A DNA stretch of 16,834 nt from Polyangiaceae bacterium. Its GTDB lineage: Bacteria > Myxococcota_A > Polyangia > Polyangiales > Polyangiaceae. The notes beneath the pieces were generated by a model. That model saw only the letters and a list, made by a program, of their open reading frames with translations. It did no database searches and was not told the DNA's origin. Positions 1-7,313 of the stretch are shown here, one piece after another; position 1 is the first letter of the stretch, and each line of letters starts with the position of its first letter. The position numbers and the translations under genes were made by a program. The DNA lies in NCBI GenBank assembly GCA_035063585.1, contig JAPSGB010000064.1, forward strand, positions 1-16,834. Reading direction: 5' to 3'.

Positions 1-87
1 GCTGCTGCCTTGCGCTGCCTCGTCGCGCCGATCCTCGCGGCGAAGACACCGAGGATCCACGATCCGCGCGGGGGTCCATTCTCGTGA
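1..87 (+). CDS. 3' end of an upstream gene (partial, product unknown)
   Basis: Frame 1 is open from base 1 (AAALRCLVAPILAAKTPRIHDPRGGPFS*) to TGA 85-87, which overlaps the GTG of the next gene (GTGA). The same coupling pattern recurs throughout the element. Confidence 0.45.
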   Translation, partial: AAALRCLVAPILAAKTPRIHDPRGGPFS

Positions 88-326
88 GCGCCCTGGGGTC
101 ACTCTTGGCGAGCGCTGAAGCGGACGAGCTCACGCGGAGGCTGCGGGCGGGGGAGAGCGTCGCGCGCCTGGCGCAGGGCTTCGGCGTCTCGGCTGCGGTG
201 ATCCGTTCGCGCATTCGCGAACTCGGACTTCCGACGCCCGACCAGCGTCGTCGCGAGCAACGACGCGCTGCGTCCGCATTCAGAGCAGGACCGGGCTCGA
301 ACCCCGGAGAAGGGACCGACGAATGA
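84..326 (+). CDS. Small helix-turn-helix DNA-binding protein (80 aa)
   Basis: RRLRAGESVARLAQGFGVSAAVIRSRIRELGL fits an HTH pattern (G-x-S-x-x-x-L-A-x-x-F-G-V-S). GTGA overlap upstream and ATGA overlap with the NYN gene downstream. Confidence 0.7.
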   Translation: MSALGSLLASAEADELTRRLRAGESVARLAQGFGVSAAVIRSRIRELGLPTPDQRRREQRRAASAFRAGPGSNPGEGTDE

Positions 327-889
327 ACACAAGGATTCGGGAATTTGGACGTGACCACCGTGACGACGGCCGATGCCGTGTGATGCGTTCCGCGATCTTC
401 GTGGACGCCGAGAATATCGAGCGCGCGGGCGCTCGCTTGATGCGCTATGGGGTCCTCCGGCGGTTCGTGGAACACCTCGGAAGCGTCGTCGTCCTGGCGA
501 GAACCTATCTCGCGTTCGATCGCGAGCGCGAACTCTGCGACGACGCCTTCCGCCGCGGCAAGGAAGGATTCCGTTTCGCCGTCGAGCGAGCGGGATTCGA
601 GACCGTCTTGACCGTCGTGCGCCGCTTCCGGCGGCCCGATGGCACGACGGTGAGCAGGGCCAACGCCGACTCCGAGATCATCGTCGACGCCTTGTTCGAC
701 CCATCGACGTTCGATTTCGTCGTGCTCGTCAGCGGCGACGGTGACTTCGTTCCGGCGGTCAACGCGCTCCAACGGCACGGGAAGCGCGTCGATGTGATCG
801 GTTTTGAAGCTACCAGCCACGCGCTACGCCAAGTCGCAAGCCGCTTCCACAACGGATTCGCCGTCCCGGGACTCGTGCCGACGCACTGA
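323..889 (+). CDS. NYN domain (LabA/DUF88, PIN-like fold) protein, putative ribonuclease
   Basis: Family motifs AIFVDAENI, ADSEIIVDAL, VLVSGDGDFVPAVNALQRHGKRVDVIGF and TSHALRQVASRF. AGAAGGGA precedes ATG 323. Confidence 0.92.
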   Translation: MNTRIREFGRDHRDDGRCRVMRSAIFVDAENIERAGARLMRYGVLRRFVEHLGSVVVLARTYLAFDRERELCDDAFRRGKEGFRFAVERAGFETVLTVVRRFRRPDGTTVSRANADSEIIVDALFDPSTFDFVVLVSGDGDFVPAVNALQRHGKRVDVIGFEATSHALRQVASRFHNGFAVPGLVPTH

Positions 890-891
890 CC

Positions 892-920
892 AAGCGTCGC
901 TGGGGTGACAACCCACGCTT
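892..920 (+). terminator. Possible stem-loop after the NYN gene
   Basis: AAGCG..TGGG-gtgacaa-CCCA-CGCTT forms an interrupted inverted repeat 2 nt after the stop codon. There is no U-tract, so terminator function is uncertain. Confidence 0.3.
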
Positions 921-1190
921 CACGAGGCCGTCGCCGTCGTCGCGGTGCAAGGTAGTCGCCCCGCCGTTCCTCGACGCAGCCGCAAGCACGACACGTCGAG
1001 CATGGCGTAGCGTCGGTCCGTCGGGCTCAGCGGCCACGGCGTGCGAGACGGAATTTCGATAGTTGCGATATTCGTAATTGGGTCGATTAGCGAATTTCGG
1101 AACACGTTGCCCAGTCTCCCGGGCGTCGGGGACCTCAGTACTTTCGTTTGGTTCCCGAAAGCCGTGCGGCGCTTCTTGCTGGCACGATGA

Positions 1191-1709
1191 GTGCTGATGG
1201 AGGGGGCACGGCGTACGCAGTCCGCGCGTGCCGGACAGCCAGGAGGTCATTGCGTGTCCAACGAATCGCCGGAACCTTCGTCGAAGTGTCCACCAATCGA
1301 CAAGTCGAGATGGGTGGCGTCGCGGGCGCCGGCCCCATTCGAGGAGCCCCCTCTGTGCGGAGAGGATGCAGGACCCGGAACATGCCCCAGGTGCGGCGAA
1401 CCTTCCGGCGCCTGTCGGCACGAGCAGGAGCGCACCCTTTCTAGCGCTCTCGCTTGCGTCCGCCGCGATCTGCTGCGCTTCGGCGTTCGCGAGGCGGACG
1501 TAGACGACGTCCTTCAGGACGCCGTCCTGGCGACACTCAAGTCGAAGCTAGCGGGCGACGGAATCCCGCTGGCCAGGCTGCTCTCGGTGAGGGCAGTAGC
1601 GGGAAGGCGATGCTCACCGGCGCGCGGCGCGCTGCTCGCGCACTGGCGCGCGCAACGTCGAGAAAGCCAGGTGCTGGTTCCGCTCGAATCGGCGGGTCAA
1701 ACACTATGA
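1191..1709 (+). CDS. ECF sigma factor-like, N-terminal (region 2) part; start uncertain
   Basis: VRRDLLRFGVREADVDDVLQDAVLA...LLAHWRAQRRE matches the region-2 signature of myxobacterial ECF sigma factors. It is preceded by a Cys-rich stretch (CPRCGEPSGAC). Confidence 0.65.
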   Translation: MLMEGARRTQSARAGQPGGHCVSNESPEPSSKCPPIDKSRWVASRAPAPFEEPPLCGEDAGPGTCPRCGEPSGACRHEQERTLSSALACVRRDLLRFGVREADVDDVLQDAVLATLKSKLAGDGIPLARLLSVRAVAGRRCSPARGALLAHWRAQRRESQVLVPLESAGQTL

Positions 1710-1942
1710 GCGGGAGCCCCGAGCGCCGCATGCTGTGCGCCGAGTTCTGGCGCGCAGTGTTCGCCTGTCTCGACAAACTCTCGAAGACCGAGCGCAGGAG
1801 CATCGCGCACGAGATCCGCAGGCGGGCGCAAGACACGATCGCAGACCCTGCCCACCGACAGAGGATGCGGCGGCTCCGGCCTCGTATCCGTGAGCTGCTG
1901 CGCGAGTACGGATACGAGCCCTTCGACGGTTTCGAGGAGTGA
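1706..1942 (+). CDS. ECF sigma factor-like, C-terminal (degenerate region 4-like) part, 78 aa
   Basis: MSGSPERRMLCAEFWRAVFACLDKLSKTERRSI...RQRMRRLRPRIRELL resembles the SPE...L-x-x-L-x-x-x-E-R and R-x-R-x-x-R-x-R-x-x-L-R ends of region 4. ATG 1706 overlaps TGA 1707-1709 of the previous ORF. Confidence 0.55.
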   Translation: MSGSPERRMLCAEFWRAVFACLDKLSKTERRSIAHEIRRRAQDTIADPAHRQRMRRLRPRIRELLREYGYEPFDGFEE

Positions 1943-2026
1943 ACACGTCTCCGTAGGTGGTCCGCCAGCCGGGGCCCGGATGTCGGGCGCTGTCACGCCG
2001 AGCCGTCTGCACCTCTCACGTGGAGC

Positions 2027-2899
2027 ATGGCCATCACGATGCATGCCTCGCGCGTGCGGCGAGGCTCGCCCGTTCGCTTCGCGGCACGGGCGCCCGCTTG
2101 CGTCACGGCGATGCTTCTGTGTCTCGGAATCGCTGGCTGCGGCAAGAGGAGCCTCGCCAGCTCCTGCGCCGCCATCGGCGCGTGTGATCCGCCGAAGCCG
2201 CAGTCAGAGTCGGTCGACATCCTGTGCGACGCCAGCCGCGGCTCGACCTGCAGTCGCGAAACGCTCGCAAGGACGCTTGATGCCATTCTTCATCGCCTGG
2301 CAGGACGCGGAGGCTCTCGCGTCCGGCTTTGGCGTCTCGGTGCCACGGTCGGCTCCACCGAAGTGATGGGCGAAGCCACGCTGCCGGAGGTGCCCCAGGT
2401 CCACGAGCGCGCGCGAAAGGCACGCATCGCCCGGGACACCGCCGCCGCGCGGGAGCTCCTCCTTGCCGCGGCACAGCCCCTTTTCGCGGGCAAGGCGACG
2501 CGCCTCAGCCCCATTGCGGAGTCCGTGGCGAAACTCGCGCTCGCGAGCGACGGCGGCGACATGCGCCGCCGCATCGTCGTCATCACCGACGGCCGCGAGT
2601 ACGGGGTATTCGGGGACTTCGAGTGCGCGCGTTTGCCGAGCGCTGCGCGGTTCCATGCAATTCTCGCGCGCCGGAGCGTCCTTAGCCCAGCTCAGCTCGC
2701 TGGCGTCGCCGTTGCGTTCGCATACCTAGGCGGCGGGACGGTCCCCGGGCGCGGGTGCCCAATGACGGTCGCGCGAGAGGTGCAGATCCGGGCGCTCTGG
2801 TCCTTCGCGCTCCGCGAGGCCGGCGCGACGCCGGTGACGATCAGCGCCGGCGAGCCGGAGCTTGGCGACAACGAGCATGAACAAGGAGACGAGCCATGA
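2027..2899 (+). CDS. Putative lipoprotein with vWA-like domain
   Basis: Hydrophobic stretch ending in lipobox IAG-C (Cys38), a MIDAS-like VDILCDASRGS, SPIAESV, and RRIVVITDGRE (vWA hhhhTDG motif). The start could also be ATG 2039. Confidence 0.7.
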   Translation: MAITMHASRVRRGSPVRFAARAPACVTAMLLCLGIAGCGKRSLASSCAAIGACDPPKPQSESVDILCDASRGSTCSRETLARTLDAILHRLAGRGGSRVRLWRLGATVGSTEVMGEATLPEVPQVHERARKARIARDTAAARELLLAAAQPLFAGKATRLSPIAESVAKLALASDGGDMRRRIVVITDGREYGVFGDFECARLPSAARFHAILARRSVLSPAQLAGVAVAFAYLGGGTVPGRGCPMTVAREVQIRALWSFALREAGATPVTISAGEPELGDNEHEQGDEP

Positions 2900-3807
2900 A
2901 CATCCTGACACAGCAACTCTTGACCCGGCACGCCCGCGGTGATGCGAGCGTGGACCTCGACGCCGTCGAGGACCGCATCGTGGCCACGCTCGGGTTGCGG
3001 CCGAGATTCGATCCGCTCGCGCACCACCAACACTCCCGTCTTGCGGCTGATCTCGACAAGGTCCGCGTGGACGAGCTGCGCGACGACATCGCGAGGGCGG
3101 AGGACGCCACCCACGGGCGCGTCACGCCCCTCCTGCTCACCATCGGGCTCGTCTTCGCCTTCATCGTCGAGGCGATCGGCGCCGTGCTGATCACAAAGGC
3201 CCTGGGCCTGCCGCCGAACGAGCGGTTCCCGCTCGGGCTCGGACTCGCGGGGGCGCTCCTCGTGGCGACGATGGCGACCGCGCGCCGGGCGGCCCGCCTC
3301 GGGGCATCCGCGCCGCTGCCCAACGACGGCAGCCCGCCGCCGGCGGCCCCGCGCTCTATCGGGGCGCTCATCGTGCTCGCGAGCTACGCGCTGTTCGTCG
3401 GGGCGATCGCCGTGATCCGATTGCTCGGGGCCGGCGGCGCGGATGACGACGTGCCGCAAGTGCAGCTCGTCGCGGAAGCCGTGGTGATGCTCGCGACGGC
3501 GCTGGGGCCCGCGTGGATCGCGGAGGCGATCGTACGCCACCGCGCGCCGGCAGCGTACGTCCACGGCCGCCTTCGGGCGCTCCGGCGCCGCGCGAAGGAG
3601 CTCGAGGCGCGGCGGAAGCGTGCCGAGACGACAATCGGGCGGATCGACCGCGCCGGCGAGCGCTGGGACCGCCAGGCGGCGCGCCTCCGCGCCCTGTACC
3701 GGGCGACGCACGCGCACGCGACGGCAACACGAGCGAGTGCGTCCTCCGCGCCGGAGAGCACGAGCCGGATCCAGGCAACGACAGCACCAGGAAGGAGCAC
3801 GACATGA
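2896..3807 (+). CDS. Membrane protein with about 4 TM helices and a C-terminal coiled coil
   Basis: Four hydrophobic segments (LLLTIGLVFAFIVEAIGAVLI; LGLGLAGALLVATMA; IGALIVLASYALFVGAIAVI; LVAEAVVMLATALGPAWIA) followed by LRALRRRAKELEARRKRAE. AAGGAG RBS and ATGA overlaps at both ends. Confidence 0.8.
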   Translation: MNILTQQLLTRHARGDASVDLDAVEDRIVATLGLRPRFDPLAHHQHSRLAADLDKVRVDELRDDIARAEDATHGRVTPLLLTIGLVFAFIVEAIGAVLITKALGLPPNERFPLGLGLAGALLVATMATARRAARLGASAPLPNDGSPPPAAPRSIGALIVLASYALFVGAIAVIRLLGAGGADDDVPQVQLVAEAVVMLATALGPAWIAEAIVRHRAPAAYVHGRLRALRRRAKELEARRKRAETTIGRIDRAGERWDRQAARLRALYRATHAHATATRASASSAPESTSRIQATTAPGRSTT

Positions 3808-4886
3808 CAATGCAGATCGACAACACAAGTTTCGTCGGGTTCGCGGAGAAGCCCAAGCGCACCGTCCCGGCGGTGAACGGCGGCGCGAACCGCGGCGCCC
3901 GGGAGGGCCTTGGCGCGTACGAGGAGTTCAACGCGAGCTCGACGGCCGTCGAAATCGTTCCCACGTACGTGGACGCGATGCCCGGCCGCGCCGCCGAACT
4001 CGTCGCCGACGCCCGGCGCCGCGGGCTCCGGGCGCAAGCCATAGAGGGCCGCATCGAGGACGCGCTCGCCCACGGCGACATCCCGGGCAGCGCGCCCGTC
4101 GTGCTCAACCTCGACAGGGCTTCGGCGATCGCCAACGTGCTCGAGTCGCCCGGCATCGAGAGGCGGGCCATCCTCGGCTACTTGTTGCTGAAGCTTCCAT
4201 CGTCGCGCCTCTGGGGGCTCCGGTTCGTGCTGGAGCCGGGCGACGCGGTGGTGCGCGAGGGCACTGCGCGCTTCTTCCGGCAGCTCGCCGCGCTTTCGGA
4301 ACGCGGGGGCTCCGGCGCGATCTTCGGCGCCGGCGGTGATCCGGCCGATGCCCTGAACGAGCCGCTTTTCCGCCGCTGGTTCAGGGAGCACGCGCGCGCG
4401 AACTTCGCGAAGATCGTCTCGGGTCTCGAGCCCATGAGCAACGCGCTCGAGATCACGCCGGACGGGAGCGAGACCATGCCGCTCTTCCTCGCGGCGCGGA
4501 GTTCCTGGGGCGACGCGAGGGAGCTCGGGTTGGCCGTCGTCGCCGACCCCACCTCGCCCATCCGCCGCGGCACGCGGTTCGGCGTGGCCGAGATGACGCC
4601 CGAGGGTATCCGGTTCCACGTGTTCGCGTGGCGCACCGACGCCGAGCTCGCGGAGCTCGACGCCGACACGCTCGATCACGCGGGCATCGACGCCGCGCTA
4701 GCCCGCGCAGAAGCGGCGCGGCGCGAGGACGCCGCCCGGGCCGAAGCCGCGCGGCGCGCCGAGGAGCGGGGCGGCGCCTTCCTCGCCGGCGCTGCCGTGG
4801 GGCTCGCGCTGGGCGTCGGCGCCGCGCTGGCGCTCGCCGACCGCGAGTCCGTCACACGCAGGAACCCCGTGCGGACGACGGACTGA
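3804..4886 (+). CDS. Hypothetical 360-aa protein; N-terminal Rossmann/ThiF(E1)-like pattern and C-terminal membrane anchor
   Basis: GAAGGAG RBS and ATG 3804 overlapping the previous stop. VNGGANRG...YVDAMPGRAAELV...AQAIEGRIED...PVVLNLDRASAI follows the element order of ThiF-like Rossmann domains. Hydrophobic tail AFLAGAAVGLALGVGAALAL. The CDS is solid; the fold call is tentative. Confidence 0.7.
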   Translation: MTMQIDNTSFVGFAEKPKRTVPAVNGGANRGAREGLGAYEEFNASSTAVEIVPTYVDAMPGRAAELVADARRRGLRAQAIEGRIEDALAHGDIPGSAPVVLNLDRASAIANVLESPGIERRAILGYLLLKLPSSRLWGLRFVLEPGDAVVREGTARFFRQLAALSERGGSGAIFGAGGDPADALNEPLFRRWFREHARANFAKIVSGLEPMSNALEITPDGSETMPLFLAARSSWGDARELGLAVVADPTSPIRRGTRFGVAEMTPEGIRFHVFAWRTDAELAELDADTLDHAGIDAALARAEAARREDAARAEAARRAEERGGAFLAGAAVGLALGVGAALALADRESVTRRNPVRTTD

Positions 4887-4927
4887 CCTTGGGCGGGGGT
4901 CGGCGGCAACAGCCCCGGCAACAACAC

Positions 4928-5329
4928 ATGGACACGATCGTTAGCCTCGTCGCTCACCTTGTCGCGCTCGGCCTCGTCGTCGCCGGGGGCCTGTGGGTGC
5001 TCGGCCTCACAGGTGCCCGCGATCGTGTGCTCCGTCTCGCCTTGCGCCTCGTCGCGTTCGCCGTGCTCCTCCCGTGCGCCCTCGCGTTCGCGTGCGACCA
5101 GGCGACGAGACTCGCGACGGACCTGCCGCGCTCGGGCGTGCGATGGCCGACCATTCCGTCGAGCGTACTCTGGGCTGTCGTCCTCGGGCATCTCGCTCTC
5201 GTCATCGTGCTCGTCCGACGGCGGCTGCTCGGCGTGGAGGCGCAACGGCGCCGGGCGGCGGAGCTCGAACGAGCCAGGATGCGCGAGCGGCCGCGGCTCC
5301 CACCCGAGCTCGGGGAGTCGGACGAGTGA
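4928..5329 (+). CDS. Small membrane protein (about 3 TM, 133 aa)
   Basis: MDTIVSLVAHLVALGLVVAGGLWVLGL, LALRLVAFAVLLPCALAFA and VLWAVVLGHLALVIVLV, then a charged tail. The stop overlaps the GTG of the ATPase gene. Confidence 0.75.
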   Translation: MDTIVSLVAHLVALGLVVAGGLWVLGLTGARDRVLRLALRLVAFAVLLPCALAFACDQATRLATDLPRSGVRWPTIPSSVLWAVVLGHLALVIVLVRRRLLGVEAQRRRAAELERARMRERPRLPPELGESDE

Positions 5330-6984
5330 TTCCTCCGCGCTGGCTCCTCCGGCTCCTCGGCGACGATCGGGTTCGCGAGCGGAACCTCGCCGACGCCGGA
5401 GCTGCGGCCGATCGTGTACGGCTCGACCGTGACCTCTCTGCCGACGAGCGGCGGTTCCGGGCTCGTATGGATGCGCTCGCCCGGGTCGAGCACGTGGAGC
5501 TGGGCACGACCGCCGAGGGCCAGCCGTATCGCATGGCGCTCGCCGACGTGGCCTCGCTCCCCGGACACTGCACGGCTGCCACTGGCGCCGGGAAGTCCCG
5601 CTTCGTCGGCGCGCTCATGTCGCGGGTCATGGAGGCGATCGTGCGCGGAGCCCCGCTCGCGGTCGTGCACATAGACGGCAAGGGCGAGGGCGCCGAGCAG
5701 CAGCTCGTCATGGTCGCGGCACTCGCCGCGCGGCTTCCGGGCGGCGAGCGGCAGCGATTCCTCGCGAACGTCCACACGCTGCGCTTCTTCGACCCGAGGT
5801 ACTTGCCCGCGTGGCCCTTGCTCGCGCCCGTGGCGGGCGTTCCGGTCGAAGCGCAGGCCGACGCCTTCGCGGAGGTGCTCTCGGAAGTCGTCGCCGACGC
5901 GACGGTGGGCCCGCGTCAACGCGCGTCGCTTGCCGGCGTCGCCGCGCTCGCGCTCGAGTTCAGCATCCCGTTGCCGGCCTTGCCGTGGCTCCTGTCTTCG
6001 CCCGCCGACGTTGCCGCCCTGGCTGCCCGCTCGTCCAGCCCGCTTGTGCGGCTCGAGCTGTCGCGCTTCGAGCGGGAGCCGCAAGGCTCGATCGACGGGC
6101 TCCTGGCGCGTCTTGGCGTCCTGCTGCGCGCGCCGTCGTTGAAGGCCGTGCTGGCCGGCGAGAATCCCTTCGAGTTCTCGCGCTGCTTCGAGCCTGGAAA
6201 CGTCACGACGATCTCGTTCGGCGGCGCAGACCTCGGCGCTCGCGCGGCGGTGCGCGCCATGGGTTCGCTGGCGATATCCGCGCTCGCGAACGCCGCGTTC
6301 GACCCGCGGCGGACCGTCCGTGGCACGACGCTCATCGTGATCGACGAGCCACAGGCGTTCGGGACCTCGGTCTCCTTCGGGCAGATCGATCGACTGATTA
6401 CTTTGGGGCGAAGTTTCGGCGCGGCTGGGGTGCTCTTGCTTCATCAAGGGGCGACGCAACTTCCGAACGAGACGCAGCTAGGCTTGGGCACGAACGTGGT
6501 CTGGCGCGCGCTCGGACGGAGCGCGCGGCGCGACGTCGAGGCGGCCTCCGAGTGGCTCCCGAGGACGGGCCGCGTCCCGCGCCCGCGCGCTCCGGGCGCG
6601 AGGCTGGGCGAGCCGCTCTTCCTCGACCGTGGCCAGGAGGAGCGCCATCGGGTTGCCGAGATCGGTCGCTTGCCCGTCCGGCATTTCCTCGTCGCCGATC
6701 GCCGTGCCGACTTCGCGCCACGCATCATCCGGGCACCGGACCACGATCCGCCGCCATGGTCGGCGATTCCCGCCGACATCGCCGATGCTGTCGCGCGTGG
6801 CAGCTCGGGAGTCCCTCGAGCCATCCTCGAGGCCCGCGTGCGCGCTGTCGAGGAGAGCGCGGCTGCGCGCTTCGCCGAGGGTGTCCGTGCCGAGGGCACG
6901 CGTGGGCGCCGCGGGAACGCCGTGCCGACGACGCCCGACATCGTCGGTACGGGTCGAGGGTCACGCCGTGGAGGCGTTCCATGA
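5326..6984 (+). CDS. VirD4/TraD/TrwB-like (FtsK-HerA superfamily) ATPase, putative type IV coupling protein (552 aa)
   Basis: Walker A AATGAGKS, VVHIDGKGE, Walker B LIVIDEPQAF, arginine-finger region GRSFG followed by LLLHQGATQL. GTG 5326 overlaps the upstream TGA. Confidence 0.85.
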   Translation: MIPPRWLLRLLGDDRVRERNLADAGAAADRVRLDRDLSADERRFRARMDALARVEHVELGTTAEGQPYRMALADVASLPGHCTAATGAGKSRFVGALMSRVMEAIVRGAPLAVVHIDGKGEGAEQQLVMVAALAARLPGGERQRFLANVHTLRFFDPRYLPAWPLLAPVAGVPVEAQADAFAEVLSEVVADATVGPRQRASLAGVAALALEFSIPLPALPWLLSSPADVAALAARSSSPLVRLELSRFEREPQGSIDGLLARLGVLLRAPSLKAVLAGENPFEFSRCFEPGNVTTISFGGADLGARAAVRAMGSLAISALANAAFDPRRTVRGTTLIVIDEPQAFGTSVSFGQIDRLITLGRSFGAAGVLLLHQGATQLPNETQLGLGTNVVWRALGRSARRDVEAASEWLPRTGRVPRPRAPGARLGEPLFLDRGQEERHRVAEIGRLPVRHFLVADRRADFAPRIIRAPDHDPPPWSAIPADIADAVARGSSGVPRAILEARVRAVEESAAARFAEGVRAEGTRGRRGNAVPTTPDIVGTGRGSRRGGVP

Positions 6985-7313
6985 AGAAGGGGAAGATTCG
7001 CGTCGCGCTTCTCGTGCTCGCCACCCTGGCGTACTTCGTGCTCGGCTGGGTCGCCGGGCTGGTCGTGGCCTTGGTGTGGATCGCCGCGACGATCGCCAGG
7101 GCATACCGCACGGCGCGTGCCCTCGCGCCCACGACGCGTTGCGAGTGGTGTGGCGCCACCGTCGAACAGTACGGCCGCTACTCGTGCTCGGCGTGTGGCG
7201 CGCGGACGCTGGGGTGGGCCTGGCGCTGCCCGGCATGCGGCAGCTGGGCGGGTCACCAGGAGTGCGGTCGCTGCGGCCTCAGCGTCCGGAACCCATCACT
7301 CCCGAAGCCGTGA
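6981..7313 (+). CDS. Membrane-anchored zinc-ribbon protein (110 aa, four CxxC pairs)
   Basis: GGAGG RBS; MKKGK followed by a long hydrophobic segment; CEWC, CSAC, CPAC, CGRC. ATGA and GTGA overlaps on both sides. Confidence 0.8.
   Translation: MKKGKIRVALLVLATLAYFVLGWVAGLVVALVWIAATIARAYRTARALAPTTRCEWCGATVEQYGRYSCSACGARTLGWAWRCPACGSWAGHQECGRCGLSVRNPSLPKP

Noticed and set aside
3513..7309. Upstream extensions given by the ORF track (starts 3513, 4628, 4993, 5811, 6629)
   Set aside because: They run deep into the preceding genes. Internal starts at 3804, 4928, 5326, 6981 and 7310 remove these overlaps, and all but 4928 give clean 4-nt stop/start junctions.
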